Both the position numbers and the translations under genes were made by a program. 64,000 nt of DNA from Bispira polyomma (Eukaryota): NCBI GenBank assembly GCA_965649765.1, contig OZ287751.1, positions 62,310,001 to 62,374,000 on the forward strand. The letters run 5' to 3'. The notes beneath the pieces are model-generated. The model did not search any database and had not been told where the DNA came from. It was given only the letters and a program-made list of their open reading frames with translations. The number at the start of each line of letters is the position of its first letter. Position 1 is the first letter of the stretch. This document shows positions 27,801-39,299 of the stretch, one piece after another.

Positions 27801-29200
27801 ATTTGTCATTAGACATTGTCATTAAAGCTTTATGTAAATCTTCTATGGTTAAATCTGTTCCATATTCATTTTTACCAGTTGAATCTAATCTTGGAATGTA
27901 ATCATTTTTTAAAAATCTGTTATCATTCTCATGAATGATGCTAAGGTCAATCTAACTTTGGTATACGTTTTTGTAAAACAAATTCTGTTCTTCTGAAATT
28001 TGTTTTGGTTGTAGAATTTCTATTCAATTTGGTTGAATGATTTTTTAATGTTTTTTTGTATTGTAATTCCGCTTTTCCAAATTTAAGAAATACTTTAAAT
28101 ACTCATACTCATATTCAACCTACTTAGCTTTTGACCTTAAAATAACCCTGTTAATTTTTGTAGTTTGTATGCTTTCCCATTTATTTTTAATGCCTAGTAT
28201 TGAATAAATTTTTCTTCTGAATCATCTATATTTGTTTCTGGACTATGCAGTTGTTTTTCTAAATTTTGTTCTTTTTTTCTTTATTCTTTTGCCTTTTGGC
28301 CAGCAAACGAAATAGTTTCAGTACGGATTTGACATTTAATATACTCCCATAATAAATTTTTATTTTTAAATGCCACATTCTCTAAAACAGCTGCTATGGT
28401 GTTTTTTATTAACAATACATATGTAATGTCATATAACAAGCTCTTCAAGTTAAACTTCCAGATGCCTCTACCTCTATTTTGCGAACCTAGTAGTTCTAAT
28501 TCAAGGACAACTATACTGTAATCAGAACAATAACCAGGTTTTATCCCTATACTTTTTGTTTGATATTCAAGAGGGTTTGAAATAATCAAATAATCTAAAT
28601 GAGATTGAACAATTCCACAACAACGTCTTTCCCGCCTTGTAAACTGCAACAGAGCTTTATTTCTAAGTCTCCAAATATCAACCAATAAAAATTATTCCAT
28701 TAAGCACTTTAAATTTTTACAGTAGTCAATGATTACGTCTCTTTTGTCTCTTTTTTTATCCAAATTCTGATCTAAACACACATTAAAGTCTCCCCCCATA
28801 ATTTAATCTTTATCACCGTAACAGTTTAATTTTTTCAGATTTTCAAGAAACTGGTTTTGAGCCAACTGTTTATCTTTTGTGGGTGCATAAACATTTATAA
28901 TTATAATATTATTCCCTTCTATGTTGTCTAAGTTGATACACATAAAGTTTCTTTTATAATTTGATGGAATTAGGATGGCGACACCCCTACTATTAGAACA
29001 GCCGTGTGCTAAATATATATCACCATTCCACTCTTTTGCCTAATATTTTTTATCAGAAGTTATAGAATGTGTTTCTTGTAATAAAATAATTCCTTTAAGC
29101 TTTTGTTTCAGCCAATTAAAAACTATTTTTCTTTTCCTTTTATCTTTGAGACCTCTACGATTTAAGGAGTTTATAAATGTAGACAATAAATTTGTTGCCA
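24820..29200 (-). mobile_element. L1/Tx1-like LINE, near full-length decayed ORF2 with polyA end
   Basis: APE (LLQETHS, IINVYAPT, GGDFNVCLD, DIWRLRN, RGRGIWKFN), RT (DFEKAFD, ADDTT), GGLKMPDI; aataaa plus A-run on the minus strand at 24820-24840. Confidence 0.92.
25929..26864. repeat. Near-identical tandem duplication, period 472 bp, inside the LINE
   Basis: ORFs 25879-26355 and 26378-26827 are almost identical; extra tacaagac at the junction (26393-26400). Confidence 0.95.
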
Positions 29201-31199
29201 TTTGTTATATAAAACTGAGATTTTGTTTTGCAATATGACAAATTAATTTTTCCTTCGTGGTTTAATACTGAAACCCATCTTATTACACCTGGTGAAGCCA
29301 ACACTATTAACAGTAAGGACTGGATTGTTTTATGTCCAGACATATGTAATTATTACCGTGACAACATTTTCACAGAGAACATAAAACAAAGAACAAGCAA
29401 AAATATTTACAAAAACAACTAAACTATTTTACATTGACACTATTGTACATTATAATAATAATGTCAGAACCGACCAAGTTAAAGTAAACAGTTTTACTGT
29501 GAAATTCAGCATTTGTTAAAACTTCACATATTGTGATAAGCTGTACATTTAAGTATAACCTCAAAGTCCACAGAAGTGTGATTAACTTACATTGCTGAAC
29601 ATGGTTGTTGACTTTATCTTTGAACTCCTGTAGCTTTTCAATACATATAAAGAGCAAATAGGTATTCTTTTCGATTCTTAAAGAAACATTTTATATGACA
29701 TCTAACCAGTCAATGTGTACAGATATACCAACAAATTTGCATGTTTAAGTGCATGCCTCACTATTTGAAAGCCCATGCATATCAAAATCCAATGTTACCA
29801 GTTACATGTATTTTAAGAATAGATGTGTTAAAAATGGTTTACTTGACTTTTTATAAAATGTAATTGAAGACAGAACTATTACAAATCATTTATATGTTTA
29901 GTTTCTATATTAGAATAGTTTTTAAAAACAGTTGCATTACTGTCACATGCTTTTGCATATAACTTGGTGTTCAAATTGTTCTTTAGTATTACCATAACGT
30001 CCACAATTTATAGTATTTAGAGTGTCTGAATTCTTTACATCCCTTAGTGGGTTATCTAGAATACTATCAATATTGCAAATCTGTGATTTACTATTGTTCA
30101 TTTTAATACTATTATCATTATCAATATCATCATTGACAATTCTATTCTCAGTAACCCTGTTCATAAACTTTCCAGCTGGCAGTCGGTTAATTACCTAACT
30201 ATTGTCAGTAGCTCTGGTGTCAGCTTGCTTGGTTGAATTCGACTTCACCACTTAAACTCTAGATGCAGTGTGTCTTTGTTGAATTTTGTAGCACAGTGCT
30301 AGCATACGTGCTTTTACTAGGCATGGTTTGTTTTGTATGTACATCTACCAGTAATATATAGTTTCAAAATCATTTTAGCAGAGTTGGAAGAGTTTCAAAA
30401 ATTTGAATGAGAACTAGTTGTTGAAGCTGGGTTAGCCATAGCCATCTGTGAAACCCTAATTCGAAGCGACCATTGTGTTGAATCAGCCCAGTTAAGATGT
30501 CTTTCCTCTATCTTGGTCATAGTTAATGCCCAGCCTGTGCAAACCTTATCCCACGACATAGATGCAGCATCACGCAGTGATAGAAATACCTGCTGAATCA
30601 TGTCCTTGGACATAGTGGGGTCTGTAACTTAAAGTGCATTAGAGAGCTGCCCAGCAGCCCATTGTGGCAGGGATAGTTAATCAAATGTGGGGTGTTTGTG
30701 TGATGATCCCCAGGCCCAACCCTCATTCGCCTATCTTAACTTATGACCATTTAATGCAATGTCTGTGTGGTTAAATCAGATTTTTAGCGTGCACTGTTCT
30801 AACCTTGTGTAAAGATGGTTTGAGCTCGCGCCTTATATTCATCAAGACACTGGTTCACCAAAGCCTGGTCTTCAACGCTTTTGGCCTAGGAACTATACCG
30901 TCTGTAGCATAACTGTGACCAGTAATCCCTGTTAACCAATAAAGTAAAGGGGCAGTGTAGGATGCACCCAGTTGAGTAACTGAAACAAGATTGTGTACTA
31001 AGTCCCTGTGCAGTGTGGAGAGCTGGCGAGGCCATCAGCATGAAGCTCTGTGCCTCTAATCTGTCAAGCCGGCGAATGAGGGTCTCATTTGAGTCCTTCA
31101 ATCGTCTCAGGATTGCAAGCATTTCCGAGTCCCTGTTAGCAGGTACTTGGGCTGTAAGTAATAGTTCCGCTGAGGGAATCTGCCAGGTAAACCCTAGGT

Positions 31200-34100
31200 A
31201 GACCCAAAGGGGTTACAACCTCAACCTAAGATTTGCATATACTAAAGAGTCTTGTGACTTTATTTACAGAAATGGCACCCTGTGCTATTTATGACTGTAG
31301 GGCGTGTAAAACGACCCATAGAAAACCTATTTATGACAAATGCCCATTTGTGAATGAGCCTGAAACTAGCAAACAAAGTGACACTTCTAGTGCGTCGATA
31401 AATGCACACATATTAAAAGAACCACAAGTTCTAAGTGGTCGAATGTCGGCCATGGAAAATGAGTGGAGCAGTTGGAGAACAATCAAATTGCTAATAGTAC
31501 TACAGCTAAGCCTGTGGCATCAGCTCCATTGACCTTTCCTGTGGCTGCACCCACGTTGGCACAGCCTCTAGTTCCTGCAATGATTCCGGCGGCAAATGTT
31601 CAACCTACACCCACTTTGGCCACAGATACTGGAGACACACTGGTCCCTTCACTGACAACACTAAAGACATCTAAGTACCTCCAACAAGCAGTGGATTCCA
31701 GACTACCTGACTTGACAGGCCTGAATGAAAAAAGTAATTTTAAATCGCAAAGTGGTGGTGCTGATACAGCCTGGGTGAAACGCCAGGTTTCCTTGCCTCA
31801 AAACCACATTCTTGGGGGTACCACAAAGTCTTGTACTACGTATGACCGCCTTTCTATGGCTTAGTGGGTTTCTGGGTTCTTTTCAATAATGAGGAATAAA
31901 ACTAATGTAGATGTAAAAAATGCCATGTTAGACTATGCCCAAGATCTGACGGAAGACTGTAATGACTTTTTAGACAGCTGCTAAAGGCAGTCGGGCAGTC
32001 CTATTATGTCGGATGGAGGAGGATCTCATAGAATGAGATCGCATTAGAAGGGCCCATGCCCCAAAAGTTATGCAGCATTACAAAATTCAAATAGGATTCA
32101 AAATGGTAGTGACAAGGGAATCCCTTGTAGATATTTCCAAAAAGGTTAGTACCCTCACAAAGTTGACTACAAGACAAAAGGGCAGATGTACTTGCATATC
32201 TGTGTCACTTGCTTTAACGTTGGAAAATCGTTTCCTAATGCCTCAAAAGACTGTCATAGAAACAAAACTGGTAAATTTTCTGAGCAAAATGGTGCAAAAA
32301 ACGAGTAAGTTGATAAATTTGATAATAGAAAGTATAATTGTAATGTTGTTGTACATATCAAAGATCAAAGTCAGTATTGTAAAAGTAGAACTGTACATAA
32401 TGGAAATGTAATTAACCAGAGTGACAACTGGAGGGCTGACTGGATAGGTTTGTCAATAAATGATATGCTCAAGTAGTCAAACAAAACATGGGTACTAAAG
32501 GTCAAAAGTATACTTCTAAAGAGAATATAAAAGGTGGCCACAGAAGCCCCTGCAATTGTCGCTCAGGTAGGAATAGCAAAGTGTATAAAAACTTTTCTGC
32601 AAATAATGTACACAGTTTCAGGACATTTGATGATTGTGTAAAGGTGTCAAAACATCACACCCCAAAATGTGGTGTCAAGATCCATCCCCGTAAGGTAAAC
32701 GTGCCTAAAAATGGCTAAAGTTACACCTCAAACAAAGACAAGAATGGAGGTGGCAAGGTAATCTCTATGAAAACATGGGGCAGTGGGGCGGGTGACAAAG
32801 ACAGCATTAGCTGTCAAAATAGGTTCTCACCCTTACGGGATTTCACTGAAAATGACAATACCCCTGAAGCAAACAAACCAATTGACTCTATGTTTTGAAT
32901 TTGGCTATTTAACGTCCACTCTAGTACCTGTTTAGGTTATATTGGGACGGGTAGTTGGAAACGCTGGAGGAAACACTGCATACAGTTGATCAAGGTTCTG
33001 CACTGAAACCAGCGGCCCACAGTAAGGAACTACCACCTTTTCCACATAGGCATCGACGGGATTCGAACTCACGCTGCCCAGAGGTGAGAGACCAGTGATT
33101 GTGAAGCGCAATGCTGGCTAACCACTAGGCCACCGCGGCCCCCAAATTGACTGTAAACATTGCACCAAATTATAAATTGGAGGAAAAACACGAGTTACAA
33201 CTTCAAGTAAAGAAAAAACATAGGGAAGTTATTGCAAAAGCGGAACACAATCCCCATTTAAAAAAAATGGAACAGCGGAAAAACAAAGTTTGGTTTTATT
33301 TTTCTGGGTAACTTAAAAACACCTGATATAGTTAAGCCCTGTTCACGCTTAAGCGACCCACTTGAATTAGACAAAGTAGTGAAAAAGCAAAATTGTCCAA
33401 ATTTCCTAGGTGCCTAAATACCAGTTGTTTCTGAACTACATGTCAACGAATGGGAAAGGTTATTAAGTGACTCAAAGTAGAAAAAGAATTCGATGCAATT
33501 ATTGGACCTTTAAAACAACCTCCTTTATCCGAATTGCATATCTCCCCCTTTATGACTCGCCCAAAACCGGATGCCAAGCACCGCAGGGTACTACTCGATT
33601 AAAGTTGTCCACAAGGGCAAGCAGTCAATTCGGCTATAGACAGAGTTCAGTACCTAGATACCCCTTTCATTGTTACACTTCCCACAGTCGACTAAATTAC
33701 TCAGAATGTGGTCAGGTTAGGCAAAATAACATTATTATATAAATTAGACCTTAGTCGTGCTTTTAGGCACGCGAAAATCAATCCAGCCAACTATGATTTG
33801 TTAGGTCTACAACTCAATGATTACTATATTGACACGTGCCTCCTGTTTGGCTATCACCACGGAAGTGTCATCTTTCAAAGACTCAGTTACTCCATTTGGT
33901 TCATGATGACGTCACAAGGCCATGACCTTATCAATTATATTGAAGACATCATTGGTTACGGATTTCCCTCTAAAATCTCTGATTTATTTGAAAAACTAAA
34001 AGAACTCTTTCAAAAATTAGGCTTTGCCATTAGCCAGAAAAAGTGGTCCATCCTAGCAATACGGTAGTATATCTAGGGGTGCTTATTAATACAAAGGATT

Positions 34101-36330
34101 TTACAGTCTCCATACCAGACACTAAACTGAATGAGATAAAGCAAATTTGTTCTACATGGACTAACAAAAAAGTATGCACTAAAAGACAGCTGCAATCGTT
34201 ACTCAGTTCATTATTATATATCTCGAAATGTCAAGCTTCCCAAGCTTAACTTAACAGGATGTTAGATACATTAAGGGTTCACAAAACGCTCAGGACATTA
34301 AACTTGACATGACATTCATCAGGATCTGAACTGGTTTAATACTTTTCTTACACGTTTCAAAGGTATAGCCTTTTTTAACCAAAGACCTGTGACAGACCAA
34401 GTAAATTTAGACGTATGTTTGCAAGGATTAGGTGTTTGTTGCAATAATGAAATTTATACCAAAAAAGTTCCACTCGGTTATAGGAACTATACAATAGTCC
34501 ATCTCGAAATGATAAATATTTTAGTGGCAATTAGAGTATGGACAAATGAATGAGCTAGTCAGAAATTACTCATACATTGTGACAATCAAGCTGTGGTCTC
34601 TATTCTAAACTAAGGCAAGACCTATGATCTCACTCTGACAGCAATGAGCAGAAATATTTTTATGGAGGCTGTAAAAGCAGATATAGAGTTAAGAACTATG
34701 CACATCTTAGGTAAAAGAAATGTGACAGCAGACTTACTCTCTAGATGGGCCATTACCCCAAAAATAACACAAAGTTGAATGTCCTAATGCAAAATCCCAC
34801 TTGGTTACAGGTCGATAATGAACTGCTAGAGGTAAATTGGTCTATCTAGCTTTAACATTTTTCAGGCTCTACAACCTGGGTGTCAAAGCTTGCAGACAGA
34901 GCAGCCAGTAGCCCTCATCAGACTTTCCGCCCTTCTACACAAAATCGTACACTGCCATGTTCAGAGTATTTGTAGTTTATTGCTGTTTTGCTAATATCTC
35001 CCTGCATAACATCACACAAAGCATTTCTAGCTTTTCTAGAGTTCTTTGTAGTAAATAATACTTCTCATACCTCTGTGGCAAATTAATTGGTGTCGATTAA
35101 GGCCAATATGTCATTTTATGGTTTACATATTACTGCTTCTGCAGACCAAAGAATCAAATACTTCCAAAAAGCCCTTATTTTACATAAGCCCTTTAAGGCT
35201 AGACTAAATGGAATCAAAGACAGTGAACTCTTGCAAAAAAATAGCCCTCATATGTGACTCCATGGACATGGGTCAAATCTACAAAGCAACTTACCTACTG
35301 ACTTTTTTCTCGTTTCTGAAAATCTCCAATCTAGTCCCTCACTCACAAACCACTTATTCGCCGTTACAGCAGCTAGATAGGGCAGACATCATCTTCGCCC
35401 CCAGGTACTCACATCATTATAAAATGGATAAAAACCTTGCAGTCAAGAAATACTATTAAAGTCATTAAGATTCCTTCTCTGCAAAACATAATCATCTGTC
35501 CAGTTACAGCCCTCAGAAATTTCCTGGCAATTACACCAGGCCACAAAAATACACCATTGTTTCAAATTAAATTTAATTGTCGGTGGATGACTTTAATTGA
35601 CAGTAAAATCCGCAGTAATCTTAAAGATATTCTAAGGAGATTAAGCAAAACCCAGGCTAATATCACTTTCCATACCTTCTGTCGACCTGGGGTGACAATG
35701 GCCTTTAATGCCCATGTTCCCCTCAAAGACATTCAAAGTCAGGGTATTTGGTCCTCTGAGTGTGTGTGGAGATACATCACCCCGGACCACTCAGCCTCTG
35801 ACCAGGTAGCCCTGGCTCTCCAATCCCTTTTCAACTCTATTCCTACTTCCTAGTTGGGCCTTGGTGGTTATTCTCTCTTTTACTAAAATTTATATGCTAA
35901 AATTTTCGTATCTACTTAAGGCCACCTTATACTCAAAAACATTACACAACCTTAACTAGATAGATGTAAGTCTAAGGCCAGTATAAAATCATGTAATTCG
36001 TTAAGGTTACCTTAAATTTTGCTAAACTTAAACTCAAACTTAAAGTTACGTTAACCTTAAACTTAGTTGACGTAAAGTCACTCTTAAGGTAAAGTTAGAC
36101 TAAGTAAAATTTTTGCTAAGGTGGCCTTATTTATCTTAACTGAATTTTAACCAGTTACATATATATATGTAGTATTAGATTAAAGATATATATCCCAACT
36201 GCTCGTCTCATTCAAGGTCAAATCAATAAACTTCAAGGTTAGGACACTGTGGGTGAAACCGTGAATGGCAGTTGGCAGCCTCGAGAAAGTAGCGTCATCG
36301 AGACGTTGACTACAGGAATCTAACAGCAAT
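31200..36330 (+). mobile_element. Tyrosine-recombinase (DIRS/Ngaro-type) retrotransposon 2, decayed but with all domains
   Basis: gag (MAPCAIYDCRACKTTHRKPIYDKC, LPQNHILGG), RT (LYKLDLSRAFRH, LINYIEDIIG), RNaseH (HLEMINILVA, HCDNQAVV, ADLLSRW), YR (FLKISNLVP, CPVTAL, TFHTFCRPG, GIWSSECVWRYI). Confidence 0.93.
32894..33142 (-). mobile_element. tRNA-derived SINE, family A
   Basis: Intact A box and B box gttcgaatccc on the minus strand; degenerate TSD ccaattgactcta / caaattgactgta. Confidence 0.93.
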
Positions 36331-36349
36331 AGTGATTCAGCTGCCTGGT

Positions 36350-37480
36350 TAAATGGAGGGTGTAAGTCGGTGACAAGACTGTGTATCTACTGTTTTAACA
36401 ACTGATTTACTTTTCCCTGTGATTTTCTTTCCAGTTTGTTTCATAGCCTTTGTCCCATCCATAGTGGAAGTTTTCTTAGTTCTTCCCATATCAGTTTAAA
36501 ACACAAACATCACAAAACCCGGCCACTAAAACGTCATGCTCACAGTAAATAACATATTACAATATCCCCTTCTAATTTGATTTTTTTTGACTGTACAGGA
36601 ATATCCATTCTGGATTGGTAACTGTTTTCCCTAACAGAAGACAAATGCTTCATCATATCTTGCAAAATTTTGACCAGCTAAATAAAAGATCACTCATCTG
36701 ATACAGTGTCTGGGAAAACAGAGAAAAGTTAAGAGATAACACTACTTAGATGTGTCCTATGTAAGAAAGCCATAGTTGTGCTGTTTTCCAAGAAGGCACT
36801 TACAAACCTTATTACAGAATTTAAAATATTCTCCTAGATATGCTGTGACTTCCTCATCCTCAAGGGTTACAGCCAATGTTTCAGCACTTCAAAAATATAC
36901 GAGTTGATCAAGTTTTTTGCTCTGACTGTGCAGATATAGTTTTAAAATGTGATCCTTTGTGATCTAGGTATTTCTAAAATAGAAGTTATTCTAAAGCCTC
37001 CAGCAACACTTTGTGGCAGCGGAGATCCCTGCCATAGTGTTTACCATTGATGACACTCTCTTTGGGACCAGAAGTGATCAATCCAGCTTCAAGAAATATG
37101 TATGTTAATCCAGCACCTGACATTTTCTTTTGTATCATCTTTAGATAAGTACATATCAGGTGGAAAGTCCCGTATAGAACAATATTTCTCTAATACTTTT
37201 CCGGATTGTTTCATAATAAAGGGTATGCTTTTGTACAAACACCAAGATCAAAGGTTGTCAAGATATATTGCTGTCTAACCTCCTCTGTTGCATATTTAGC
37301 ATATCTCAAACATTTCTGTATTGTTCTGTATTCTGTTATATAGGTTTGGGAATCACTGGGTAGTATGCAATACTTGTAAGCTTGAATGTAAATGTGTGTA
37401 AGTTTATACTTCACTATCACCTGTATTAAGGTCGCATTCAACTTTACAGTTTTCACCTGCAACCTGGGTTCTTTCACTCG
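36350..37480 (-). mobile_element. DNA-transposase-like remnant, family uncertain
   Basis: Minus strand reads YILTTFDLGVCTKAYPLL...GTFHLICTYLKMIQKKMSGAGLTYIFLEAGLITSG...NGKHYGRDLRCHKVLLEALE with stops; resembles a repeat-encoded protein common in marine invertebrates. Confidence 0.6.
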
Positions 37481-37499
37481 TCAATTACTTTTTCAGTCT

Positions 37500-37710
37500 C
37501 AGCTCCCTTAGGAAGCATACCAACAGCACTGCCACATACAAAGAACAAAGAGTAACACCCATTAGAGGCCAGGTACCCATTTTACACTTGGGTAGAGAGG
37601 GACAACTTTGTGTAAAGGACCTTGTCCAACAGTACAATATCCAGTCCTGCAGCAATAATCCAAGCTGGACCGTCAGATCCAAAGTCTGACATGCTAAACA
37701 CTAGGCCACA
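37500..37710 (-). mobile_element. Older tRNA-derived SINE with a CORE-like central region
   Basis: Minus strand gtggcctagtgtttagc head and ctctctacccaagtgtaaaatgggtacc core. Confidence 0.6.
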
Positions 37711-38830
37711 TAGACCTAACTTATTTGGCTTAGGCCTTACCTGTGCAATAAAGTTGTTGAATCTGAAGTTGAGGACTTCTTCTTAAGGTTACATAACATT
37801 CTGGGAGTTTGATTATAGGGTCAAAATACAGAGAACGAGGATAATAAATTTCAATAATAAATTTGTGAAAGTATATAAACAATCAGGCATATGTATTACA
37901 AAGTATAGCAACACAAGTTACAAATCAATAAGAATTTAGCTAATTTGAAAGTGGCTATTTATGATTGGTCATATATATATATATATGTATATATGTGTAA
38001 TTAGGCTAAAACATTTAACTACAAACAGTGTGTAGCTCAGATTATGGCCAGTTAGAACAAAGCAGTTATCGAAAATACTTCCCGGTTTAAAATGGGGATG
38101 ATCTCTGATCAGAATACATCAATATTTGCGGAGGTATTCTCACAGTGCATCTTTTGGTTATATGTATATTTCCGAACATGTTTATTAGCAATATGGATAT
38201 TATTATAATAAATTGTCTGACATTCCTGTAACTCCCAGAAAACTCAAAGTTAAATTGACCTAAGAAAATTGTATGTGATATTTCAAAAACATTCGTATAA
38301 GGTGCAATATCACACATACTTATTTCATAATACACTGTAGCTATACAACTTTAGACAAGCCTATCAAGTATGCTTTCATATGTCATATAGCATAGTCACT
38401 TTTGGTTTTACTGAATGAGTAAATAACAACAAACATTAAGTATACCCTGATTTTGCATTGTCCAAGAAAGCGGTAGATTTCCCTTAAATGGGTGCTATCA
38501 CATATATGTCTCAAACTATTATTGCATCCCAATATTTTCAATGTTACAATTCCATTTCATATTCTAAAGATTCTTAGTCTTTAGAAAAACCTAACTTTAT
38601 TTAAGATGTGGGGGATGCGCATGCTATCTCGTCTGTGGCCTATTTGTATTCAGAAAGAATTTACACAGTTCAGCTATAATCACTTGCTACACAGTCACTG
38701 ACCTCTCACCAATGTGGGTTCCAAACATGTTTGTCAACTACTGGCCACAGGGCCATAGTTTTAAGTGCTTTCAGCAATCTGTCAATCGATAATGAAATCA
38801 ATGAATTAACTGAAACTTGTATTTTTTTAG

Positions 38831-38885
38831 GATATCCAGGGTGTTTTGCAGCTACGTCAGCCAAACTATCACTTCTATAGAAGGC
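38831..38885 (+). CDS. ABHD6: ABHD6-like copy 1 small exon
   Basis: ttttag|DIQGVLQLRQPNYHFYRR+c|gtaagt; 55 nt, phase 0-1. Confidence 0.88.
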
Positions 38886-39299
38886 GTAAGTACAATAGAA
38901 ACTCTATTATCTAGACACGCTGGGAGAGCCAGGCTTTGTTCAGAATACAGAAAGTTAATGAAATACAAGTAGCATTTGACAGAAAGGTAAATCTAAGACA
39001 GAGAAAATGCATTCACAAAATTGAATATTCTGATAATAGAATAGAAAGTTGTAAGCTCAAGCACTCAGTGAGGTACATTTGGGATGCAGTAGGCAAGTGA
39101 CTAAAAGTATCTGTTTTAATATCAGTTGCATCTTATCTCTGATGACAGTGGCTGGCATTTAATCCCTCTGCTGGTCATTATATGTGGAAAATTTGGGGTT
39201 TAGCACAAATACAATATAGCTTCTGTTAGCTGAACTTTTGGTATTTTCGTTTTTTATATTTAATCAATGACAATTGCTTACGACTGTTGTGCCATGAGG

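Larger units (their letters stand above)
21200..31190 (-). mobile_element. Tyrosine-recombinase (DIRS/Ngaro-type) retrotransposon 1, decayed, interrupted by a SINE and an L1-like LINE
   Basis: gag-like 30300-31120 (SLRDAASMSWDKV...IEERHLNWADS); RT/RNaseH 22565-24200 (LLLQYLKFGF, NHHSALQ, PPDTKVTCLGIEID); YR 21600-22557 (SAFRLRT, LCPVKA, YTFHT). Confidence 0.88.

Noticed and set aside
21450-35853. Phage integrase or bacterial retron system (RT plus tyrosine recombinase)
   Set aside because: gag-RT-RNaseH-YR order inside spliceosomal introns fits eukaryotic DIRS-group retrotransposons
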